Virus record (IMG/VR): IMGVR_UViG_3300037193_001436
Coordinates: 43,210 to 107,209 of that record
Reading direction: 5' to 3' (one strand)
Source: a virus
Length of the DNA stretch: 64,000 nucleotides
The position numbers were made by a program, and so were the translations under genes. Under the pieces are notes generated by a model. That model did no database searches and was not told where the DNA came from. It saw only the letters and a list, made by a program, of their open reading frames with translations. The stretch's first letter is position 1. Every line of letters begins with the position of its first letter. Shown in pieces: positions 55,591 to 63,619 of this stretch.

Positions 55591-57195
55591 TCAACTATAG
55601 AAGGGGTTGTTGCTGACCTCGACCTCGGGCGCGGTGAATTCGTGGGTGAGAACGCAGGCCATCGCGAGGGAGTCTGCGTAGTCGTCGTGGGCGTCGTTGG
55701 CCTTGGGGGCCTGGGCCATTACGTAGGGGCCCTCGAAGGCGGTCTCCAGGTCCTCCATCTGGGTCCGGAACCGCTTGTAGGTCTTGAGCCGCCGGGTCTT
55801 GGAGTGGGCTGGCCAGCCGATCAGACCCCGGTCCACCAACTCCTTCAGGTGCTTCCACCGCTTCGACTGCTCCGGCCGCTGCGAGGACAGGGCCTCGATC
55901 TTCACCCGGGGCATCATGACCTGCAGCCGGGAGATCACCACGTCGCCGAGCCCGCCACTGTCCACGCCGATGGCGAAGATGTTGTAGTTGGCAAGGAACT
56001 CGTGCATCCGGTGGAACTGCTCCTCCCAGCCGAGCCCGGTCAGGTCCAGCCAGTTCAGCACCCGGTGTTCGTAGTAGCCGAACTCGTCGGTGTAGTCCCA
56101 GTTCACCCAGACCACGGTGACGACCGTGGAGTCCTTCTTGCGGGCGGGATCGATGCCCACGACAACGGGTGACTTGTGCCAGGCCGCCACGGTCTGCATG
56201 GACACATCACCCAGCTCGTCCAGCCGCTCCGAGGTCGTGAACATACCCTGGTTCAGCAACCAGTGCAGGCGGTACGACAACCGGAACTCGTCGGAGTCCT
56301 CGCCGACGCGAAGCATCTCCTTCTTCACGAATCTCTCGTAGTTCTTGTTCCACTTGGCCACCTCCTTCCAGTCGGCCTGGAAGTGGTTGACCCTCATGCC
56401 TCGCTTGGTGGCGACCCGCTGGTTGATCCGGATCGTCTTGTAGAACACGCCCTTGTGGAACGACGGGGTGCCGATCATCACCATGGTCGCGTTGGTGGAG
56501 GCACCCATCGGCGCGATCGACTTGTTGACCACACGCTCGTCGGCGTCCTGACACTCGTCGATGATCATCAGGTGGTAGGTACGGCCCTCGATGCTGGCCC
56601 GGGGGTGGGCGGTCTGTCGCCGGATGAAGGAGCCGTTGCGCTTCAACACGATGTGGCCGCCGCCGCGACCCTTGCCGACCTCGTCGTCGATGTCCGGGTC
56701 GGCCAGGAACGCGGTGGCGTGCTCGCTGGTGAGCCGGGCCACGATCCGGCCGAAGATGATGTCGGTCTGCTCGTCGGTCGGCGCGAACACGCCCACCCAG
56801 ACGCCCTCGGCGTACTTGTCCAGCAGCTCAGGGAACACCTTGGACAGGATCGGGAGCATCACCATGGCTGCGGCCACGACGTTGGCGACGGTTTCGGACT
56901 TGCCGGACTGCCGGGAGAACAGCGCGGTGACGGTCGCGCCGTCGTTGATGATCAGCGACTCCAGCAGCCTGCGGGCGAACGGCTTCTGGTACCCGTACAG
57001 CGGGTGGCCGGACAGCTCGTCGACCACGAGCAGCAGCCGGTCGAGGATCTTGTCGACGGTGCGCTGGCTGATCTCGTCGAGCTGGAAGTCCTCGGCGAGC
57101 CGGGCTTGGCGCTCCTCGTCGGACTCCTCCAGCAACGCCAGGACTTCATCGTCAACGACGATGTCATCTTGAACCGTTGCCTCGGACACTGCCAC
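55591..57195 (-). CDS. terL: terminase large subunit
   Basis: SRQSGKS Walker A, IIDE Walker B, GIDPA nuclease strand, HDDYADS. Confidence 0.93.
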   Translation of the reverse strand: MAVSEATVQDDIVVDDEVLALLEESDEERQARLAEDFQLDEISQRTVDKILDRLLLVVDELSGHPLYGYQKPFARRLLESLIINDGATVTALFSRQSGKSETVANVVAAAMVMLPILSKVFPELLDKYAEGVWVGVFAPTDEQTDIIFGRIVARLTSEHATAFLADPDIDDEVGKGRGGGHIVLKRNGSFIRRQTAHPRASIEGRTYHLMIIDECQDADERVVNKSIAPMGASTNATMVMIGTPSFHKGVFYKTIRINQRVATKRGMRVNHFQADWKEVAKWNKNYERFVKKEMLRVGEDSDEFRLSYRLHWLLNQGMFTTSERLDELGDVSMQTVAAWHKSPVVVGIDPARKKDSTVVTVVWVNWDYTDEFGYYEHRVLNWLDLTGLGWEEQFHRMHEFLANYNIFAIGVDSGGLGDVVISRLQVMMPRVKIEALSSQRPEQSKRWKHLKELVDRGLIGWPAHSKTRRLKTYKRFRTQMEDLETAFEGPYVMAQAPKANDAHDDYADSLAMACVLTHEFTAPEVEVSNNPFYS

Positions 57196-57240
57196 GAATC
57201 CTCGTACGAATCTGGGGTGGGGTTACCTACGAGGGTATGC

Positions 57241-57272
57241 AAAAAGCCCCATCTCCTTAGAAGATGAGGCTT
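57241..57272 (-). terminator. intrinsic terminator
   Basis: AAGCCtCATCT/AGATGgGGCTT stem followed by T run on minus strand. Confidence 0.6.
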
Positions 57273-57293
57273 CCGGCAGTGGCTTGGTAGTTG

Positions 57294-57605
57294 TTACTTC
57301 CGGCGACCTGCCTGGAGGTAGTCGACCTCGTTGCTCGTGGCAAGGATCTGCTGGGCGCGGGTGCGGTGGAGGCCGAAGACGTTGGCGATCTGACTGTGGC
57401 TCATTCCCTGCTCGGCCATGAAGCAGATGAAGCGGTCGCGGGCGGCGTTCTCCAGGCTGTCCAACTGCTCCTTGTGCCAGCACAGCTCGTCGCAGTGGAC
57501 GTAGGACTTCTCCTCGTGGGTGACCCCGAGCTTCCGGCCGCAGCCGTAGCAGTGGACCGCGATGATCTCGACGGTCTCGGGGTCCGGTTGCGGGAAGCGC
57601 CTCAT
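57294..57605 (-). CDS. zinc-finger plus HTH protein
   Basis: CYGC..CDELC; GMSHSQIANVFGLHRTRAQQIL. Confidence 0.75.
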   Translation of the reverse strand: MRRFPQPDPETVEIIAVHCYGCGRKLGVTHEEKSYVHCDELCWHKEQLDSLENAARDRFICFMAEQGMSHSQIANVFGLHRTRAQQILATSNEVDYLQAGRRK

Positions 57606-57847
57606 GACCGGGTCCTGGCGGCGACTTCGATCCCCGCCGACTTGAGCCCGGAGATCACCTTGGCGCGGTGCTTCGCATCGAACAGGTACCCCCGGCCGTA
57701 GATTCCGGTCGACGGGATGTAGTCGGCGACCTCGACCTGAGCTGGCCAGTCGGGGTGCTCCGGCCAGGTGACGACGGAGACGCGTATCTCGCGATCGTCC
57801 GCATCCGGGATTTCCAGCAGGACGGTTCGTTCGGGCGCAGCGGGCAC
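57602..57847 (-). CDS. hypothetical protein
   Basis: GGAGG RBS. Confidence 0.65.
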   Translation of the reverse strand: MPAAPERTVLLEIPDADDREIRVSVVTWPEHPDWPAQVEVADYIPSTGIYGRGYLFDAKHRAKVISGLKSAGIEVAARTRS

Positions 57848-57917
57848 GGGGCCGCCTCCTCAGGTCGTGGGCACAGCTACCAGGCGACCCAGTTTAGCGA
57901 TCCTGCGAGCGATGTGT

Positions 57918-58169
57918 CTACTTGGGTGGCATCTGCCGCTCGGCCAGCGTGTCGATCACGCCCTGCAGCGCGGAGACGGCTTCACGGGCCTCCTGGAGGA
58001 GTTCTGGCTCGTGGCTGCGCTGGTACTCACGAAGGGTGCGGGCGATTCCGGACCCGGCGACGTCGGCCCAGTCGAGGAGTTCGGCCTCAGACAGCCGTGA
58101 GACGCGCTTGGTGACCTTCTCCCGGACGTTGTCGGTCGGGTAGGTGGGTTTGGACCTCAGCAGGCTCAC
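57918..58169 (-). CDS. small helical hypothetical protein
   Basis: GTG 58169, coupled. Confidence 0.65.
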   Translation of the reverse strand: MSLLRSKPTYPTDNVREKVTKRVSRLSEAELLDWADVAGSGIARTLREYQRSHEPELLQEAREAVSALQGVIDTLAERQMPPK

Positions 58170-58507
58170 GATGCCTCTCCCCGGTCCAGGCCGAACGCGG
58201 TGACGACGCGCCACTCGGCGTCGAGGTCCTGGCCCTGGTCGACCAGGTTGTCGCGGATCTCGTCCAGGTCGACGACCCGGGCCGACAGCGCCTGCCGGAG
58301 GGCGGCCTCTTCCTCCAGGCCGGAGTCACGCCACCAGCCGAGCACCAGGGCGGTCTTGAAGGGCTTGAGCCGTATCAAGATACAGCGGGGGCAGACCCGG
58401 AACGGCGGCTCGATCTCGAAGGTCGGCGCGGTCCAGATCCACCCGGCTTCGGACGTCACTTTGATGGTCAGCCCGAACAGCCGACCGAGGTCCTTACTGG
58501 CGGGCAT
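58166..58507 (-). CDS. hypothetical protein
   Basis: TGATG coupled. Confidence 0.65.
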   Translation of the reverse strand: MPASKDLGRLFGLTIKVTSEAGWIWTAPTFEIEPPFRVCPRCILIRLKPFKTALVLGWWRDSGLEEEAALRQALSARVVDLDEIRDNLVDQGQDLDAEWRVVTAFGLDRGEAS

Positions 58508-59001
58508 CAGGACCAGGGCTCCCGCCAGTAGTCCTTGAAGTTCAGCACGCGGTTGATGAACCTGCCGGGGCTCTTCACGCGCTTGAAGTTGTTCCACTCC
58601 CGAGGGCTCACGTCGGCATAGCCGTAGACCGCGCCGTCGCGGAACCGGATCCGCAGCACCCGCTCTTCCCGGCTGTACCCGGCGGCCACTGTCCGGGGCC
58701 GGGGTGGGTTGATGGATGGGGTCGGCTGGTAGGGCAGCAGGATCGTGTCGTCGCCGAGCTTGGCCTCCTGGATGGCCAGCGCGGTGTCATAGGTCATCCG
58801 GTGGGCGGCCTCGGCGCGAGCCGGTTCCTGCGACGCCGCCGAGACCTGCTTGGCGATCGGCGACCGGCCGCGCCCGGCGATCTTCTTGCGCGCCTGCTGA
58901 CCGGCCTGCTGCAGCTCGGTCGGCGGGCCGCTGGGACCCCAGTCGAGCGGCAGCTCCTGCTGGCCGGTCGACACCACGCGTCGCCGTCTCCTAGGGGGCA
59001 T
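58507..59001 (-). CDS. KTSC-domain protein
   Basis: GYS..RVLRIRFRDGAVYGYADV...SPGRFIN. Confidence 0.85.
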   Translation of the reverse strand: MPPRRRRRVVSTGQQELPLDWGPSGPPTELQQAGQQARKKIAGRGRSPIAKQVSAASQEPARAEAAHRMTYDTALAIQEAKLGDDTILLPYQPTPSINPPRPRTVAAGYSREERVLRIRFRDGAVYGYADVSPREWNNFKRVKSPGRFINRVLNFKDYWREPWS

Positions 59002-59066
59002 GCCTCTCCTTCACCGGGTGAACCCCGGTCCCAGGTGGTTGCACAGCCCAGGGACCGGGGTCGTCA

Positions 59067-59483
59067 TCACTTCTTGGCAGCGGCGCGCTTGTTCACCGCG
59101 ACCGGGTTGGTGCCGGTACCCGTCTCGACCTCGTCGTCGCGGTCGGCCAGCACCTCGGCCAGCGGCGTGCCGGAGTCGTCGACCAGCACACCCTCGTCGA
59201 CCGTGGCACCCTCGACGTTCTGGAAGTGCGCCAGGTAGCTCTGCAGGTCGACGCCCTGCTCGCGCATCACCTCGGGGCGCGGGAGCTGGTCCTTGGTGAA
59301 GGTCACCGGGTTCAGGTCCTCGTCCGGCTCCGGCCGGGAGTCGGCCTGCACGGTCCATCCCAGGTCGTAGTCCTTGGAGTCCAGAGTCCGGACCCGCTGC
59401 GGCCGGATCTCGTACTTGTCGTTGGCAGCCTTGGCCGAGCCGGTCGACTCGGCAGTCTTGGTAGTCGTCTTGGCGTCAGCCAC
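59067..59483 (-). CDS. hypothetical protein
   Basis: GAGGA RBS before GTG. Confidence 0.65.
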   Translation of the reverse strand: MADAKTTTKTAESTGSAKAANDKYEIRPQRVRTLDSKDYDLGWTVQADSRPEPDEDLNPVTFTKDQLPRPEVMREQGVDLQSYLAHFQNVEGATVDEGVLVDDSGTPLAEVLADRDDEVETGTGTNPVAVNKRAAAKK

Positions 59484-59631
59484 GGTCGTTCGGTCCTCTC
59501 GGATCACCCTGCTGGACTGTCCAGCCCGGGTCGATGATCTCGCCCATCTCGTCCTCGGTACGGTCGTGTGGGCAGTCAGGGCCTCGGAAGACCTCTTGAC
59601 CGTCCAGGAAGACGCACCGGGACACGTACAT
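59476..59631 (-). CDS. small hypothetical protein (51 aa)
   Basis: Hand-translated MYVSRCVFLDGQEVFRG; abuts upstream stop. Confidence 0.45.
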   Translation of the reverse strand: MYVSRCVFLDGQEVFRGPDCPHDRTEDEMGEIIDPGWTVQQGDPRGPNDRG

Positions 59632-59811
59632 CTACTGGTCCTTGTCCCAGCCCGGCGGAATGCAGGCCTCGCAGAGGTGCAGCTCCTGGAAGTTCTTGCC
59701 GTCGGTCACCAGAACCGCCTCACGGTCCGGGTGGTTGTCGCAGGCAACAGCCTTCTTGCTGCTGGCCTTCTTGGAATCCTCAGCGCTCTGCGGGCTCACC
59801 GGACTCTCCAT
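59632..59811 (-). CDS. small zinc-binding protein
   Basis: Hand-translated CDNHPDREA...LCEAC. Confidence 0.55.
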   Translation of the reverse strand: MESPVSPQSAEDSKKASSKKAVACDNHPDREAVLVTDGKNFQELHLCEACIPPGWDKDQ

Positions 59812-59870
59812 GGGAAGTGGTTCCGAATGGTGGTTCCCATGGTACCGAGATACTGCCTCGGGTTAGGGGT

Positions 59871-60056
59871 TCAGGAACGCCGTTGCCATGGGTACGCGCC
59901 ACCCCACGGCCAGCCGCCGAGGATGAAGTGCGCCGCCAGGAAGGCGAGACCGAGCGCGGTGACGTCGAGGTCTCCGAGGGCGACGTTGAAGGTCGCGAGG
60001 ACGAAGCAGATCAGCGCGATGATCGCGAGCATGAGCGGAACCCCTTTCATGGGCAC
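59871..60056 (-). CDS. small membrane protein
   Basis: Two hydrophobic helices. Confidence 0.65.
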   Translation of the reverse strand: MPMKGVPLMLAIIALICFVLATFNVALGDLDVTALGLAFLAAHFILGGWPWGGAYPWQRRS

Positions 60057-60097
60057 TGCTTCCAGTCTGGTGCCCGCGAGGGGTGGGGTTATACAAA

Positions 60098-60150
60098 GCA
60101 GTGCCCGGCAAGCGTCAGAGGGGGGTCACTGGCTGCTGGCCGGGCACTGC
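60098..60150 (-). terminator. terminator after the lsr2-like gene
   Basis: GCAGTGCCCGGC/GCCGGGCACTGC stem followed by TTT. Confidence 0.6.
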
Positions 60151-60162
60151 GGTCTTGAGTTG

Positions 60163-60531
60163 TTACGCGTGGGCCTCGTTGTAGGCCTGCACGATCTCCT
60201 TCTTCAGGGATCCGGTCGGCGCGACGTCATAGCCGTTGTTCTGCGCCCAAATCCGCATGTCGGTCTGCGTCGGGGCTCCACTCAACGCCAGTAGAGCCTT
60301 CTTGATCGCCTTGCTGACCGGTGTGGAACCGGCCTGACTGGAGATCGCGATGAACGGTGCCAACGCTTCCTGCAGCGCCAGCCTGTGCTTCGAGCACAGA
60401 TCCGCGTCGTAGACGTCCTCTCCCAGTGCGAACACCGTCGGCAGGTCGTCGGGAATCCGAACCCCGCAGTCCACGTACTTGCGCTTCTCTTGGATCTTGA
60501 AGTCGCATCGTCGAGTCACTTCTTCAGACAT
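60163..60531 (-). CDS. lsr2: Lsr2-like protein
   Basis: F.L....YD.DL...H..L.EALAPFI dimerisation domain; RIWAQNNGYDV..G.L...IV.AY. Confidence 0.85.
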   Translation of the reverse strand: MSEEVTRRCDFKIQEKRKYVDCGVRIPDDLPTVFALGEDVYDADLCSKHRLALQEALAPFIAISSQAGSTPVSKAIKKALLALSGAPTQTDMRIWAQNNGYDVAPTGSLKKEIVQAYNEAHA

Positions 60532-60615
60532 CTCTCGGCCCTCTCCTGACCCCCTAAGGCCGCACCTCGCTCTAGCGCGGTCTAACAAGTAGGGATGGCT
60601 GAGAGTCTGGCGGAA

Positions 60616-60831
60616 CTAACAACTAGAGTCAAGTTTCTCAAACGTGATCCGTAACAGGTTCTCGGAACCGAACTCCCGTAAGCCCTTCAGTGTCAGTTTC
60701 CAGCCGGGCTCACCCGAAGGCCTGATGATCTCCATCACCAAACCCTCCTTGAGCATCCGCTGAAGCTCTCGGCCGAACTCGTAGTCGAGAGCTTCTTCCG
60801 GCGTGAGTGGTGTGTCTCCACGAAACAGCAT
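60616..60831 (-). CDS. small winged-helix-like protein
   Basis: LKEGLV...WKLTLKG, similar to 12559..12723. Confidence 0.5.
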   Translation of the reverse strand: MLFRGDTPLTPEEALDYEFGRELQRMLKEGLVMEIIRPSGEPGWKLTLKGLREFGSENLLRITFEKLDSSC

Positions 60832-60858
60832 TCTGAATCACTTATGCTCCGTAGCAGT

Positions 60859-61006
60859 TGATGGGATTCGCGTAGGGGGACCTACACGAACCGCACCTTG
60901 CAACCTCTTCCCCGAAGTTGCTCGGTGCCCCGAGTCCATCACTGGCGAGTGCGCATCCCTCGCCGGACTGGGTCGTGCTGTGTGTGTGGGGAGCTTGCGC
61001 TAGCCC
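60859..61006 (-). ncRNA. candidate structured RNA (three-way junction plus hairpins)
   Basis: Hand-folded nested stems whose mismatches become G-U pairs only on the minus strand; GCAA tetraloop. Confidence 0.45.
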
Positions 61007-61169
61007 GGCCCTTCACGGACCGGACTGTGTGATCCAACCAATGACTGCCCCTCTCCTTTGCTGACCCGCCGCCACGGCTGCCATCTCAACCGTTTGTGAG
61101 GTTTGATCACAGAGATTAACGAACCATCCACAGTTGGTAAACGGTCCTGGCCAAATTCCTGCAATCAAA

Positions 61170-61183
61170 CAAACACGTGTTTG
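61170..61183. promoter_or_regulatory. SOS-box-like palindrome CAAAC-ACGT-GTTTG
   Basis: Perfect 14-bp palindrome with N4 spacer, as in CGAAC-N4-GTTCG; AT-rich intergenic region. Confidence 0.45.
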
Positions 61184-61220
61184 AGATGCTTCAGATATCA
61201 ATCAAGCCGATACTGTGCAG

Positions 61221-61487
61221 TCACACCGTCGGCGGGCAGGTCACGCGCCGCCGGATCTCGTCCCGCTCGGCCTTCGTCAGGGCCGCGTACACGCCGCCGG
61301 GATCGGTGTTCTCGTGCATGATCTTGACCCGGCAGGCATCCCGGAACGGGCAGGTCATGCAGATCCGCTTGGCGAGCTTCTGGGTGCGGTGCTGGGTGAA
61401 GATCTCCGGGTCGACCTTGGTGCAGGGCGGCATCGGGTACTGGTCGTCGATCGGCCGGTCGAGGCTGGGACGGTAGAGCTGACCCAT
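61221..61487 (-). CDS. whiB: WhiB-family transcription factor
   Basis: C...DPEIF..AKRICMTCPFRDAC..GGVYAALT..ER. Confidence 0.85.
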   Translation of the reverse strand: MGQLYRPSLDRPIDDQYPMPPCTKVDPEIFTQHRTQKLAKRICMTCPFRDACRVKIMHENTDPGGVYAALTKAERDEIRRRVTCPPTV

Positions 61488-61783
61488 CACGCCACCTCCT
61501 CCGGTACCGGCACTCCGGCCTCGTACAGCAGGGCCAGGACGGCCAGGTGCCGCGAGTGCACGCGGTTGGGGTCCAGCGGCCGGTTGTCGAGGTGGGAGCA
61601 CTTCTGGACGCTCTTGATCAGCACGTCGAGAGCCATCTCGAAGTGCAGCGCCCGCAGGTGCGGGTCGATGTGCGCGCCGCCGTCGCGGAGGTGCGCGATC
61701 GCGGTGTGGACCGCGTGGTGCCGGTTCTGCTCGGCCATCTCCACCGGGTCGTTGAAGTAGACCTTCGCCTTGTCGTCGCTCAT
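61487..61783 (-). CDS. hypothetical protein
   Basis: Coupled on both sides. Confidence 0.65.
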   Translation of the reverse strand: MSDDKAKVYFNDPVEMAEQNRHHAVHTAIAHLRDGGAHIDPHLRALHFEMALDVLIKSVQKCSHLDNRPLDPNRVHSRHLAVLALLYEAGVPVPEEVA

Positions 61784-62151
61784 CCCACGAACCTCGCCCG
61801 TACCTCGGCGGCCGTCTTGGTCAGCGCCTCCACGACCTCTTCCTTGGTCCGGCCCGGCTCGTCGTTCCACTTCGCCACGCCCTTGCCGAGGTGGTCGGTC
61901 AGGACCATCTCGCAGGCATCGATGACCAGCTTCCAGACGTCGAATCCCTCGACCTTCACGCCCTTGAACTTCTCGAACACGACCTGGGTGTAGTGGCCTC
62001 GGGTGCAGTACGCGCCGGTCACGGAGTCCCACATGGCGTACTGACCGAACCCGTCCCGCTCAACCCGCTCGGCCGTCAGCTCCAGCACATCGGACACGGC
62101 CTTGGACAACATCGGGCTTCGTTCGAGCAACCCCGGTGTCACATCGATCAC
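61780..62151 (-). CDS. conserved actinophage hypothetical protein
   Basis: A...ERDG.GQ..C..G...WNDEPGRTKEEVV..L. Confidence 0.75.
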   Translation of the reverse strand: MIDVTPGLLERSPMLSKAVSDVLELTAERVERDGFGQYAMWDSVTGAYCTRGHYTQVVFEKFKGVKVEGFDVWKLVIDACEMVLTDHLGKGVAKWNDEPGRTKEEVVEALTKTAAEVRARFVG

Positions 62152-62329
62152 CAGTCCTCTCCTTGGGGGCATCGAGTGGAGAAGACGTTACGAGAACTCG
62201 TTCCAGAAACACAACTCGGAACAGGTTTCGGTACAGGTCACGATAAGGTAACGGGGATGGACTTCGACAACTCGTTCCGACAACTGTGAGGCCAGTGGGA
62301 ACCCGATAGGCGGATCTGAAAGGACTCCG

Positions 62330-62593
62330 ATGTCGATCAACACAGCTCGCAGGTTCAAGCTCGTCCGGCACACCGATGTCTCCGGTGTCAGCGGCACGGG
62401 GGTGGTCGCCGAGGGCGTCGAGTGGTCGGACGGCTCGGTCGCCCTCCACTGGCGCGGACGGTGGCCGACCACAGTCGTCTTCGAGACCGGCGGCACCGAC
62501 GCCGTCCTCGCGATCCACGGCCACGAGGGAGCGACCCAGATCGTCTGGGACGACGGACCGGGAGGCCAGCCCTTCCTGGAGGCGGCGAGCTAG
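62330..62593 (+). CDS. conserved actinophage hypothetical protein
   Basis: AAAGGA RBS; RRF.LVR..DVSGVSGTGVVAEGV.WSDG..HGH.G.T. Confidence 0.8.
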   Translation: MSINTARRFKLVRHTDVSGVSGTGVVAEGVEWSDGSVALHWRGRWPTTVVFETGGTDAVLAIHGHEGATQIVWDDGPGGQPFLEAAS

Positions 62594-62602
62594 GCGGCCG
62601 GG

Positions 62603-62839
62603 GTGAGTCGACGGCCGGGTGTCCCCCGGCGCTTCTGGCTGGTCTATCAGACTGGTTCCCACACGGCCGAGATCGTTGCTGAAGGCACCCAGTCGAGTAT
62701 GGGTCAGGTGGTGGTCTTCCCGCCCGACTCCGAGATCCCGGCCATCTGGCCGAACTTCGAGACACTGCTCAGCAGTCAGCCGGGCACAGCGGTGCATTGG
62801 CTTGATCAGGACCGGATCGCCTTGCGCTGCATCCCCTAG
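62603..62839 (+). CDS. diverged paralog of 62330..62593
   Basis: RRFWLV...VAEG..S.G.V...W. Confidence 0.6.
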   Translation: MSRRPGVPRRFWLVYQTGSHTAEIVAEGTQSSMGQVVVFPPDSEIPAIWPNFETLLSSQPGTAVHWLDQDRIALRCIP

Positions 62840-62904
62840 AACCCGGGAGACCGCGTCGGCCGAACCCCTGCGTGCTGGCGGCGCGGCCTCCCGGTTCCAA
62901 ACAT

Positions 62905-62965
62905 GACGAGACCCCCGACCCTCGGAAGAAGGTGAGGCTCCTTCTGTGGGGTCGGGGGTCTCGTC
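62905..62965. terminator. long hairpin between convergent genes
   Basis: 17-bp perfect stem GACGAGACCCCCGACCC/GGGTCGGGGGTCTCGTC. Confidence 0.7.
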
Positions 62966-63050
62966 TCCCCCCTTACTCCCGCTGTCCTGCGGGAGGTGGA
63001 ACGACGAGGCTGCGCGGAGTTGTCGGTCCTCGGCACGCAGCCCCGCCGGT

Positions 63051-63236
63051 CTATGTGGTGCTCACCGCCTCGTTGCTCCAGGCAACCGGTTCGCTCGTGA
63101 CCCGCAGGCCCTTGAAGCGGCGGCGCATCCCCTCCTCGTACGCGGCGGCCTCTTTGGCCTCCTTGGTCTGGTCGGCGATCGCGTGCTGGCCGAACCAGAC
63201 CCGCACCCGGCGGCGCTCCAGCGTCGTGGTGCTCAT
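63051..63236 (-). CDS. small hypothetical protein
   Basis: MSTTTLERRRVRVWFGQH; GGAG RBS; ATGA coupled. Confidence 0.65.
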   Translation of the reverse strand: MSTTTLERRRVRVWFGQHAIADQTKEAKEAAAYEEGMRRRFKGLRVTSEPVAWSNEAVSTT

Positions 63237-63337
63237 CGGTGCCACTCCACACCGCGCCGAAGCGCCCGCCAGGCCAGACCGATCCGGCCCAGGCCGTGCC
63301 CGATGACGATCCCGACCTGCTCGTACCGGCTGGTCAC
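63233..63337 (-). CDS. 34-aa peptide
   Basis: Hand-translated; GTGA and ATGA coupled. Confidence 0.45.
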   Translation of the reverse strand: MTSRYEQVGIVIGHGLGRIGLAWRALRRGVEWHR

Positions 63338-63483
63338 TGTCCCACCGCCACGGGCACCCGTGGGGTGCCGTCGAGGTCGTGCGTGCCCTTCAGCCAGCCC
63401 CGAACGGCCCACCGCTGGGCCTCAGGGACACGAGCGATGTACTCCTCTTGCTCCGCCTCGGTCATCACCGGTGCGTCCAGCAT
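63334..63483 (-). CDS. 49-aa protein, first gene divergent from the repressor
   Basis: GGAG RBS; MLDAPVMTEAEQEEYIARVP. Confidence 0.55.
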   Translation of the reverse strand: MLDAPVMTEAEQEEYIARVPEAQRWAVRGWLKGTHDLDGTPRVPVAVGQ

Positions 63484-63534
63484 TGACGATCACTCCCTAA
63501 CGGTGAGTTATTCGACTAGACCACACCGTAGACG

Positions 63535-63571
63535 CCCTGTCATGACAGGGTCAAGAGGGTGTCATGACAGG
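63535..63571. promoter_or_regulatory. paired palindromic operators (TGTCATGACA x2, 22 bp apart)
   Basis: CCCTGTCATGACAGGG 63535-63550 and TGTCATGACA 63560-63569 between divergent genes. Confidence 0.75.
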
Positions 63572-63619
63572 TTTAACAACTAGCTGCCCGCCGGATGAAC
63601 AAGTCGCTAGGGTTGTCGC

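Noticed and set aside
60850-61050. Structured region as a tRNA or hammerhead ribozyme
   Set aside because: No T-loop/anticodon cloverleaf, and no CUGANGA/GAAA core
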